Below the pieces are notes generated by a model. It was not told where the DNA came from. It did no database searches and saw only the letters and a program-made list of their open reading frames with translations. Made by a program: the position numbers and the translations under genes. From positions 13,689,186 to 13,753,185 of the forward strand of contig OZ316895.1 of the NCBI GenBank assembly GCA_973895155.1: a stretch of 64,000 nt of DNA, written 5' to 3'. Shown here one piece after another: positions 51,621 to 63,400 of the stretch (position 1 is its first letter; every line of letters starts with the position of its first letter). Origin of the DNA: Marsupella aquatica (lineage: Eukaryota; Plantae; Marchantiophyta).

Positions 51621-52574
51621 TTTGTTTCCATGAAATTTTTTGTTTTAAACAATTATGCAAGGTTAGTGATTTGATGACACCGACGACTTCTCTCTCTTTG
51701 TCTATCTGCATGTAGGAATTGAAAAGTGATTACTTTCGATGCAACCTGAATGCATCCAGCATCCCTTCGATAACGTGAAGGAAATCGATCACTGTTTTGC
51801 TGAAGTGGGCACGGAACTTGAACTCAAACATAACTTCTATTCATCATAATGTCCGGGCATTGTGTTTGAGTTGGACGCTGTGTTTTTGAGTTTTGACTCT
51901 AAATTGTTCTACATTGAACACAAAAGATAAAAAATTCACAAATCAAATGTCAATGTCAACACTGAAACACAAAGCCAATATTCAAACACAAAGTCCATTT
52001 TGAACACAATTCCTTTGAGGTAAAAAAAATGAAAACACATAGTCAAAACTAAAATATCATGCCCCGGGCACAGTATTTGAATAGAGCGTCCCATGGCCCA
52101 CTACTCGAATACAAGGCCATGGAGCTGTGTTGGAGTAAGACTGGTAACCATGTCAAAACTGGATACACCAGGTAAGTTCATGAAACTGTGAAACAAAAAG
52201 GCACGGTAGAGGAGAGTTTGGGGAAGACGGGTAGCCGGGAGAGTTTGGGGAAGACGGGTAGCCATGACAAAACCTGGAGACACCAGGTCGGAGCAGGTTC
52301 ATGAAATTGTGAAGCAAAATGGCAAGGTAGAGGAGAGTAATGAGTAGAATGGGAAAAAATGGCACGGTACAGCAGAGGAATGAGTGGAGGAATTAGTGGA
52401 ATGCAAAAAGGGACTTCCCCCTTTTCTTCCCCCTTTACAATGGCTACCGTAGTGGCTTTGCGTGAACAAAAAACAAGCCCAGTGACTTGCGAGTGAGTTT
52501 GTGACACATAGAGAGTGGCGTGGCCTCCTCTCCGTGTTTTGCGGGAGTCCTTTGGGTCGAGCATGTAGCGAGCA

Positions 52575-52730
52575 ATGAGGTTTCGCATTCGGCGAAGCAA
52601 CGAGATTTTGCATTCGCGAGTTGAATGAATGTGCTTACTGCAAGAGAATCGGCCAAGTTGCGAGGCTTCTCATTCGGCCAAGCTACGAGACTTCGCATTC
52701 GGCCAAGCTACGGGGCTTCGCATTCGGAGC
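52575..52730. promoter_or_regulatory. Short tandem motif array upstream of USE1; candidate promoter element
   Basis: (C/T)TTCGCATTCGGCCAAGCTACGAG-like ~24-bp unit about five times just before the GC-rich putative 5' leader. A telo-box-like CTAGGGTTT lies at ~53062. Confidence 0.4.
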
Positions 52731-53339
52731 AGAGGGCAGGGGTTCCGATTCTGTCGTCATTTCGTTTCAGCTGCCACTGTTGTTGTTGGAGATGGCTGCG
52801 GTTTCAGCTCGGATCGTGTGTTCTGCCCTCGAATCCCGCTGGTGTTCGGCAGAAGGCTTCAACTAGGAGTGGACCTCGATCGGATGCCATAGCGAGCTCA
52901 TTCTGAAAGATCGAAGACCGTTCGATGCCGTTCCCCCCTTTCTCCCATTTCAGCAGGGTTTTCGGTGTTCGTGTCTACTCGAGTAGAAGTGGGCAATCAA
53001 GAGTAGCTTTTCTGTGGAGTGCTCGGCGATAATGCGTTATGGCGTTGTTGTCTGTTGGAGTCTAGGGTTTTGTCCAACATGAAGGTATCTTTGTTGCTAC
53101 CTGTTTGCAACAATCTGTGTTGGGCCGTGCGCACTGTATCGTAAAAGTTTGTTTTCGGAGTTTTTTTTGGAAGACTGTGGAGAGTGTCTGATGCAGAAAC
53201 TATGGCACGCCTTGGAAGCTTGAGACGATTGTTCCTGTAGAGCCCTCCTTAGCTGAATTCTGGCTCAAATTACGGTGAAATCTCGGTCGGCCCATGCAGT
53301 TCACTTCTCTCATTTCTTTCGATCCACTCGCTCCTGAAA

Positions 53340-54113
53340 ATGGGAACGAGTCCAGCAGAGGTGAGGTTAAGGAGACTATTGGCGTCGACTCCTCGAGAGG
53401 GGAACCCGATGAAGCTGCTGCACAACGTGGCCGCAATGAGGGAGCAGCTGGCTCTTCTCACCGGCGATACCGGACATGATGATCTCCCACTCATACCGTC
53501 GTCCAAAGCGGAGGATTACGCCAAACAAATAAATGACCTTGCCGAGAGCATCGAGGCCAGTGCTCCTCCTCTCGATATCTGGGAAGCACTCCGAAGCAAC
53601 GAAGATGGTACGAAAAACTCCACTCCTACGTTTGAAAGGAAAGCAAGATCGGAATTGGAAGTGGATGAGAATGAAGAGTCCTCCCTTTTGGGCGCTCAGG
53701 CCCTGTCTCCCACTCTCAGGAGACGACGGCTCCAAAGAGAGCAGAATGTGCAACAGGCAGGAGGAGGAGCTGGAGCAGGAGGAGCAGGAGTGAAGTTAGA
53801 CACTGCTACCAACCAATTAGTTGACAAGCATAGGCAAATCCAGGATGCTTTGATCGGCGAGATGGCCATGTTTTCCGAGCAGATGAAGAATAATAGCCTC
53901 CTGATGGAAAGGTCGCTCAAGGACACAGAGCGGGTGCTGGACAGCACCGAGGAGGCTGTGGAGCACAGCTTATCAGCAACGAATAGAGCTAACTTGAGAG
54001 CCGGATTCATATACAAGTCCAGCTGGAAGACTGGCTGTTTTACTTGGTTGATGTTGCTTCTCATGTGCCTCATTTTCATTTTCATGATTGGAGTGATAAG
54101 AGCGACAAGGTGA
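53340..54113 (+). CDS. USE1: USE1-type Qc-SNARE (ER retrograde transport), single coding exon, 257 aa
   Basis: N-terminal EVRLRRLLAS; SNARE helix HRQIQDALIGEMAMFSEQMKNNSLLMERSLKDTERVLDSTEEAVEHSL; C-terminal TM helix TWLMLLLMCLIFIFMIGVIR. Confidence 0.9.
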   Translation: MGTSPAEVRLRRLLASTPREGNPMKLLHNVAAMREQLALLTGDTGHDDLPLIPSSKAEDYAKQINDLAESIEASAPPLDIWEALRSNEDGTKNSTPTFERKARSELEVDENEESSLLGAQALSPTLRRRRLQREQNVQQAGGGAGAGGAGVKLDTATNQLVDKHRQIQDALIGEMAMFSEQMKNNSLLMERSLKDTERVLDSTEEAVEHSLSATNRANLRAGFIYKSSWKTGCFTWLMLLLMCLIFIFMIGVIRATR

Positions 54114-55487
54114 CGACGAATCTTTTAATCCTTCTGGTGGGTAGTCCTGCGAGATGCAGTCAATGGAATTGCCCGATATAGTTCTGAAGCTTGTCCTTGT
54201 GCGAAAACTTTGGGATCAAAATGCGGAAATCTGATGGCAACAAAGAAGGTGCTGCGAGACGAAAATCTAGTTTCTTCGACTGCAACCTGTGTCCACCCAT
54301 GCAGAGCGGCAGCTGTCGTCGAATCTTATGACGATTAATGAAATGCACACTGAACTATTAGACCATAGAAGTTTAAATTGGAGACCCCTATAGTTGGGGG
54401 TCCATGTAAGCTTCTAGTAAGTCATGGATACTATTACTTGTAGCAGGAATCCCTTCTGCCACGCACGCAGCGGTTTCTCTGCAACAAGAATCAAACTTTG
54501 AACTGGTGGCCCGAGATGTCCCCGAGGAACCATAGTTGTGAGTAGTGTCGAATGATTTCGATCCCAACTTTGTATCTTGTCCAATATGTCCTGTAGCGAA
54601 CCTCCCAAGAACTGCTTGGGTTCCAACTTCAATTTTCTGCAGGGAGATATCGAGTGTGGAACCACTTGAACGTTTCAAGATTAAAAGTCGCGTCCATTAA
54701 CGTCTGCAAGGGATACTTCCGATGGAGACGCATAGAAAAGCATTCATGTGAAGCAAAACCACAGGATCCGAAATAAATTACATTGCATATTGCCTTCCAT
54801 GTTGAAATTGGGGTCAAGCTTTGTGACGGTAAAGCAGGCTGCATGCAATCCAAACCCTCATCTTTGTCATTGCAATCCAATTATTGAAAATTGCTGAACC
54901 TCAGACTATCACGAGGGAGACCAGGATCAGAGTTCGCTAAGTTAAATGTCCCTTCGCGAGTGGAGGGATGAGAACAATCATGTCTATCGGCACCACAAAT
55001 AAGTTCTTTACAGCTCTTAGAAACTTTTTGGGATTCGAGCTTTCCTGACTCGAGCTTGACTCCCGATAGAGAACCTACTCCACAGAACTGCCAAGGCCCT
55101 ATCTGAAGCCGAAACCTTACATAGCAAACTGCATCGATCTTTCCCAACCTTCAACAGCTTCATCAAACAGTTTGTACACTACAATTCTCCGTAGAGTCTC
55201 CCTATATGGAAGGAACCAATAATTAAATAAATTATCGCCCTTGTGGCAAGTAAGAAATATGGATAACGAGTACCTTTCTAAGTTTCTGTGAGCTAAGGCC
55301 GCTGCAAGAACAACGACGTGAGGGCAAGGAATGACTTCGAATGAGAGCTAAACCCAATGCGACATATATCTGGCTATCAATTGTAACCGCAGAAAATCCT
55401 ATTTCTATAATTTTGAAGCTTACGTTTCTCGACTATCTTAACTTGTATACGCGATATACAAATCCTGTACAGTGATGTAAGACGCGT

Positions 55488-58400
55488 TCATGAATCTCGA
55501 GACCTTTTGAAAAGGTATCTAAAGGTCCAATCATAAGATACAATAGACATTTGCTGGGAGGTTTTCTTCCCTCTCTTTTTCTCGAGGGACTCCTCTACAG
55601 TAGTTCTTCTTTCATCTGGAAGCTGTAGCGCTATCCATTCTAGAAGAGACCTAGCGTCACTTGAAAAATCTCGAGCATACCAGTGCATGATCTTTGGAAT
55701 CATGACCCTCGAATGTCGTGTTAGTCCTACTGAAGCAGTTAAGAAATCCCTGCATGCTTTTTTCAGCTCTGTTTGTATGCCACCTGCTGTGTATACCCTC
55801 ACCTGTCACAAAAAGAATGCGACCGAGTATGATAAATGTGAACATCCTGAGAGAGAAGTACATGCCTGCGCTTCTTAGCAGAGTGTCATGCATCTGTGAA
55901 GTGAAAAGACAATCTTTAGTTAGGGGGCCATGGTGAACAACGAATGCTCTCCAATATTCCAATCACATCACAGCTCCATCAACCTATCTGAGTTCTCTGA
56001 CATCTGAAATTTGCAAAAGAGAGAATTCTAGTCAAAACTCTCGCAGGTCAATCGTTAAATCGTGGGAGGCACAAGGATGCTCGGGGCCTCCAACGTGATG
56101 AGGGATCCTAGGTCACGAACATAAGCACCAAGTTCGGGCACACATAAATGGCTTCTTCGTCCCAATTAAATCAAAAGTGCAAAAGTTACTCCAACGCAGT
56201 CTGGCGTTCAACCAGGTTAAAGTGGGCTTCTTACCATGGGAGAAGAGTAACTACCACAGCAAAGAGCAAAGCTGACAAGAGGTTCAGGTCGGTCAAGTGC
56301 ATAAGTTTGTCGCGCATCTTGCTTCTTATACTTGTGAACAGGTAGGAGGCTTGCCTGTCGACGACAACAAGAAAATTGAACGCTAAGTACTTGACCTTGT
56401 CTGGATACAGTGTCGTTCGCACATCCAAGAGGAAACGTTGACGTTACCAAAATGGCACAGAAGTAGTACATTCAAAACTTACCTTCTACAAAGCATGCGT
56501 GAATTACTTTACAAGAAATCTCCAAGTTCATGCAGCCATTGCAGAATGGCCCATTGTCGGAGGGATTCAGGATCTAAAAAGCAAATGAGATTGAGCAGAT
56601 TCCAATCAAAGTACCGACCATAGAATGTCGAGGAGGAGGAGGGAACACACCAAAGCAGGTCGATAAGAGCAGGCTCGCAAAATTGCGTGTTCAATGGCCA
56701 GTGCACTGAATAGGTGTCCACCCACTATGTACGCGGACTGTAAAACACGCAGATTAAAATCTTCAGAATATTTGATACCAGAAAATTGTGCTGTATTCAG
56801 AAAGATCTTTGGTACAGAGAGGTAACTAGAGAATTGGCTTTCTGACTAAATTCATTTACGAACTCCCTGTCTAGTAGAGGTGGACTGTATCAAACAGGAG
56901 AGACGGAAACAGTTCCAGGCAAAACTGTCAACATTCCACGTGCTCCTGCAAAGAGAAGACACAGAATCCTTACAGTTACCGTTCTCACATGTTATTGCAA
57001 GGAAACGCTATGATGGCCAAGATGTGAGCTTCACGACGGAGTACCTTGTGCATCAATGCAATCCGCTTGTAGTGGCTACGTGGTACGCCCCGCACAATAT
57101 ATGCCTATTAAGAGGCCAAAAAATCACAACTCAGTTAATTACAATTAGGGCTAGATGCATCTGGATCATACCCAAGAGAGACATGAAAGATTGTCAAGAT
57201 TTTGAAATATCGTGGCAAGTACAGAAAAGTGAAAATTTCCACGACAAAGAATACTCTAAATCGTTGGGAGGAAGGACACCATTGGTGACACAAGTCACCA
57301 AGAAATGGAAGACAAACAAAATATCGTCAATTCACATAACAATCATCGCCTAGTTAGCGCTGATAGAAAATCATAGATCTTGAACATTACATGCATCATG
57401 AGTGAGTTGTACAAATTTATCCAAAACGCCAAGCGTTGCTCATGGGTCATTTCCCGTGGATCCACATTCTGCAAGAGTTCCACCAGACCCCTGCAATCCA
57501 ATTGTGAACTCGATTATGATAATCTAGCATGGCAGCGAGAATAGCAGAGCAGAATGTCAATCCAAAGAACGCAAAGTTTCCAAATGGTAGTCGAGTACAA
57601 AAAAAGGTCACGTAGTCAGGATGCCTTCCACAATTGATTAGTCACGACACTCGACTGTAAACTGGAAAGCTCCCAGACACAAAAGCTTCCAGATTCTATG
57701 AAAAGCACGAATCATTTCCTTATACTCACATGTAGTAATGTAACGACAACGAGTATTAAAAGAGCCACATGGTTAAAATTCACACCTGACATGTTTATAT
57801 AAATGAGAATCCTTGATCTCTTCTATATCAGGAGTCGAAGTTACTGCAGCACACTTTGAATAGACACCAGTGTCCAGTAATTCTTGCACTCCATACGGAT
57901 CAAGCACAGTTTCCGCAATCAAGCTTTCAGGTTGTTGCTCTGATCCCGCCAGATCAACAAACGATTGACTCCGGCTCCGATTCCTTACTTGAGGTAAACA
58001 TTGTCCAGAGTTTTGAAGTGGTGAGGACGGTGAAAGATTTTCGACACGGTTCTCGTAGAGTAATGACATTGACCGAACCATCTCCTCTGAGAGTTCATTC
58101 GGTCGTACAATTGACTTCTTTCGCGATAAAGTTTGGGGAGCCCCAAGTCTACTTGACGATACTGAGGTCGATTCCTACAAACGGAAACACAGATAAGTAG
58201 TTAAAACCAGTGACGCGTTGCAAGTTTCCTGCTACGTGACAGACTCTGACCAATATGAAAACCCCCCTCAACGAGTCCCCTATTGTGACGCACGCTTAAA
58301 TTGGTAACCTTCCCTAGCTTTCCATTTCAATGCTGATAGACAGCCAGTTAAGTAATTAAGTCTCTCCTCATCACTAAGTTTGTGTTTCTGCAACCTTTGT

Positions 58401-59221
58401 AGCAGGTCTACAGTCCGAGTCTCTCATTCCGGCTTGGAGACTTCTTCAGCCTAATTCAGTCCTTTATGCTCATTCTACATCTTTCATTGGTGACATCTCC
58501 AGTCGTCGAAATAACAGAACTGATGCTCAAATGGACAACCCATGTGAAATTTGAAAACGAAAAGGCATCTAGATGGTATAAGTTACGAGACGAAATGGTT
58601 AAAAGGAATTTAACGGAAATAAGGGAGAGCCACCTTAACTTAAATATTGCAATTTTAACATTGGCTGCGCCTAACTTCAAAGCGATCTAGCATTACATAC
58701 CTGGCCATTTTCCATATAGCTGTCTGGTCGTGAATTGAGAACCTTAAGACTTGATTTGCTCTTCAATTTTGAGGGAGGCGGAGCTGGCGATGCTTGAACG
58801 GATTCGGTTGACGAATTCAATTCCTCTAGCCAGGAAGGATCCTGCCAAACAGGGGGAAAAAAAACTTTGATAAAAATAACAAACTGGGCTTACGGAACGT
58901 CTGATCTTACATAACGACGTGGCTAGCAATTACAGGAACAGGACACCAAAACAACTCACCCGCTGGAGAGCCAATTTATTTTCAACGTATTTTGAGAGCG
59001 GAACTTGCTGAGAAAGTTCAAGTCTTGATTTACTTGTGGGCCCTTCATCGATCAGTGGAGTACTAGACGCTGTAGGAGAAGAACTTGAGACTTCTTGGTC
59101 CGTTCTCTCAGGTACAATTGTATTACACCGTTCAACGGAATACTCTCTCTTTAGTTCTCCAATTTTGGACGTCGCTTTGTACTGTCGAAGGTGATCTTTT
59201 AGACGAGGTGTGATGTGGAAC
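55488..59221 (-). CDS. DUF547-domain protein (ternary complex factor MIP1-like family); 5' end uncertain
   Basis: Exons ~59221-58960, 58841-58701, 58174-57786, 57490-57391, 57104-57045, 56737-56651, 56354-56235, 55802-55488. Motifs PNELSEEMVRSM, DPYGV, RLAFWINLYNSLMMHAY, AYIVGG..FSALAIEHAILR, EPLVSFALCCGSYSSPMVRVYT, IPKIMHWYARDF, YDWTFRYLF. A possible first exon ends at ~59515. Confidence 0.9.
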
Positions 59222-60487
59222 TGGATCAGAAGAAGATTCAGTGAATACAGCTTTCAAGCTTCGCTCAGTGCTCCTGACGATGAAAGCAACAAATAGCACG
59301 AAGCTCCTCCAAACTTTAAATGTGCCATGTGTCACAACCGTGCTAAACGTGCCCAGAAAACCTTGATAAGTAAGAACCGTTTACGCTAGCCTGCTTCTCA
59401 ATAAAAGGATCTAATCTGAAAGCACGCATGAATTCACTGGATATAATAATAAGACTCTGCTCGATGAAGTTGCCCCAACAATCAATCAACCACAAGATGT
59501 TTCTAATCACTCACCATTTTCCTTATCATTGCCTTCCATCAGAAAATTCGTCTTTCTAGCAACTTCCACCGAACCCAAAAGGATGTAAGGAAATCAAAAG
59601 ACCCACCTCATAGAAACATCTGTGGCAGAAAAACTCCTTACAGGTTTCACATATAACTTGAGCTTCTGTGGAAGTTTTGGTCCTTGCTTCACACACTGCA
59701 CAACTGGATTATCCACCCAGATTAGAACACAAGAACAACGTGCAGTGTGCATTCCCATTAATACTACAATAATGAAACTTAATTCTAAATTGGAGGAGTA
59801 AATATCTACATCGACTGATGAGTATTTTAGTCCAACCATGCTGCTCAGACAGGAATGGCCTATGACAAGCTCATGCTTCGGCAAATTTTGTGGAACCACG
59901 TCCTAAGTACAAGTAACATGTCTAAGTTTCATTTATAACAGCAATACTTGTGATTCAAGTGCCCCTCAAACTTTCAAGCTTATGATTCCGAACAATGCAT
60001 CTTCTTTTGCTGGTTTCAATATCATTCCAAAGGATCCAGGATCCTGTCACATGAATTGACCTCCCCGACATGGATCCTACAAAGGAAACGTCTTTGCTGC
60101 TCAGATATTAATAATACCTTTCTGAGGCACCATCTAGCTTCCAGTTGAATGGTGGTGCGGGAACACCTGCGTTCAGAAGTATTTTTGATGTGGGAAGAGG
60201 GTCAGTCTTGCACAGAGTTCTCAATTTGTTGTGCAATTCTAACGAGTACAGCTTGAGCCTCCGTAAATCAAACAGGTACATGATGCAGGGCATAGTTTGA
60301 TTTTGTAGAGGATGAAAAATTGCATACAAAATAGACGACCAAAAAAGTGCCACAAAATCCGTCCAAGATCTCGATATGATTTCGCCAGAGACAAACAAGC
60401 TTGGATCTTGTTGGGTAACCCATGTCTATTTTTTTTCTTAACCGACTTCAATCAGAAACTCTTTGAAATTTGGCTAGATGATTGCAA

Positions 60488-63400
60488 TTATTTTGAGCCA
60501 GTATGCAAAGAATTTTGACCTGACAAGAGGCTTTCGCCAAATTCTTCAGCCTCCTGGGTCGTCCACTCCATCTGCATTGAAACACCAGAATCTGTTAAAG
60601 ACCTGCCTGCTACCTTTGATCTGGTAAAATCAGAAGAGGAACATTCTGTTAAAGTCCATGCCCATCAACATTTAACCTCAGCCAAGAAAAAATTACCGTG
60701 GCTTCGAAAAACTCTAAGTCAGCATCACTGTCGTCACTATTAACACTTCCAGTGCCCTTGGTAATTTCGCCACTCTTGTCTACCACAAACTCGAGTCCTG
60801 TGTTTGGATCGATTATGGGAGGCTGCTTCACAGCAGCTTTGAGCTTTGCTCGCCCTTCTAGTTCCAAAGATTGAATCTGCAATTTTAATTAAAAATGATA
60901 GTCGTTTCAGCAGACTAAACAGACAAACTCATCAGAAGACGCCACGGTTGTTCCTGCTAACACGCAATCATTGAGAGCGTACAACAACCAGTCTTGAGTA
61001 CCATATTTTGGACGTATACTAATCAAGATCTCGCACGCCATTCAGTGTTCATAACATCTTGCAAATCTACTGGTACTCTGGACAAGGAGACACCAGTGTT
61101 AAGAAATAAAGAGAAAGTCTCAGTCATAGAAAGCCAGGTAACGCAAAGAAAGTACCTCCTCAAAAGTGAGGTCGTGCCACTCATCAATATAACCAAATGC
61201 ATTGCGATGGGTGAGGAGGATAATCTGCATTGATTAGACCCGGCAACCATAAGAATGGTGCCGGTTCATACATCCAGATTGCATTAGATAGATAGAGAAT
61301 TCATTTAGAGATAATTAGAATCCAAGCATTGGGACCAACGAAAAATAAACGCTATTACAGGAGTCGTTGAACTAAATACTCTGACTCTTAAAATATCTTC
61401 AGGTCAAATTATCCAACACTCAGATACATGGTTCTGCTTGTGTTTCGGATCTAGGACCACCATCTGGTGAAAGCTCTTGAAGAACATGAAAAAAATTCTT
61501 CACCACCATCATGGCGAATGAAGACCAGGTTGGTACCTGTCGAATCCCGTTGAGCATGAGTTTCTCTAAGCGACTTTGCACCCCCCAATAGCTGCATCCA
61601 AATAACATAAGGTTTAGAATGAAACGTTCAGATTCTATCGTCTCTTTCCCAAGCAATAAACTCCAGACTGTCAATTTTGTTTTCCTTTCCAATCGCTACA
61701 AAGCAACATTTCTAGCGTCACTTAGTGGTGTACAACAAAGTAGGGCCACTGGTTTCTCAGAGGACGTGTGCCTCTACTTGAACTGGAAACAAAAGGGTTT
61801 TCCTTCGTATAAACGTAGTTTCAGATAATCGAATAGGTCTGTGCCGGTTTCGAAAAGGCTATATTTCAGTTGGCAGTTTCGTACGCAATAATACTTGGAA
61901 TTGAACAGACCAACTAACAAACCATATCGAAATAAAGACATTCAAAGTGTAGAAAGGCACTGCTTGTAGTCCCCTAATAAAGGCCAAGAAACTTCGTGGA
62001 ATAAGGACATCGAGAAAGAGCGTCCACCTACTTGGCCTCCACCCTCACCAGCTTGTAAGCGCACATCATAGGAACTGAAGTTTTCTGCCATCCGCTCAGA
62101 AGTGGTCCTCGCCTGCCATATATAAGTGTATAAGTCAACACCGCGTATCATTAAAAGTGGTCTGTTTTCTGGGAATTAAGTGACTGGGGAGCTTCCGACT
62201 CAATTCACTAAAAAATTCAGCTCCTCCCTTAGGCCTCGTAGATTCGTGTCACTAATTTCACTAATCTTTTGCTCTGTAAAGCGTTTTCAAAAGTACAGTC
62301 ATTCTTTCACTAATCTATATCTCTGGTCCGGATTGATGGGATTTTTCTCAGAGTCCCACAAACTAATTGCTAAGCAAAGTCGCCATGCTCTACAACAGAG
62401 TTCATATCCAGGTTCCCGGTATGCAACCTGCTAATCTGAATATGTTCTTACATCAAACTTACCCGGTCTTCTTGGAGGTGACTAGCTGGGGATCCAGCTT
62501 TGCCTGATAGTCTCTTTTCTGAACCTGCTTGGCAAGAAAATTGCAGTCTCTCGTCAGAGCTCGCTAGAAGTGCTGCAGTTGTCAAAGCAGCATTGCACGG
62601 TCAAATTGACATAAGGTCTAGCAATTACAGGACTCCAGTAGAAAAATGAAATTTAAAATCCTGATATTCTCCAAAATGGTATTCCATTGCTAGCGAGTTT
62701 GGAGCTTCAGCAGAATTGAAGACATTTCCTCAACTTCATTAGACCCATAGCAATCCAACAAGTTGGACAATCAATGCTAGCAAAAGTGCAAACCTTGTCA
62801 AAAGCAATGTCCACCATGTCCACTTTCCGGATTGCCAGTTCAGCTTCACTCAACCCAAGTATATTCTCTGATGAGCCATCATCATCTTCATGCACACTGA
62901 TCATCTCTATTTTAAGCTGTAACACGACACAGGACAATTTAGATTTTCATCACTCACAACTTTTGAACATTTTATCTCCTTTCTACTGTGTATTCATCAA
63001 CACCGTAGGCATCAAGGCCCGCTAAACTTGCAGCTGAACTGTACACAAAGCACAAAGCAGAAAGAGTAGAGAGCAGAGAAGTAACTGAAGACCACAGAAG
63101 TTAAAACAGACCTTGTGAAAGAAAGGAACTGTAAGAACAGAGCGAATGTGGGGATACGCCATCCATGTCTTCTCATCAATTACAAGTGCACTTGCTGGAA
63201 CCAACTTTGTGACCTATTCCAGACATCCATTACCCTTATATCAGATTTGTAGATTAGCCAAGCGTACATCTCAGTGAGACGTTCCCTAGGTAGAATTGCT
63301 TTACTGTGCGTTGTTTCAAAAGGCCAGTGTAGTGTGCAAGCTAGTCTTCATCGCTCGTGTTCAGAAGGTTAGAGACAAGACTATCCCATATAATTTGTCC

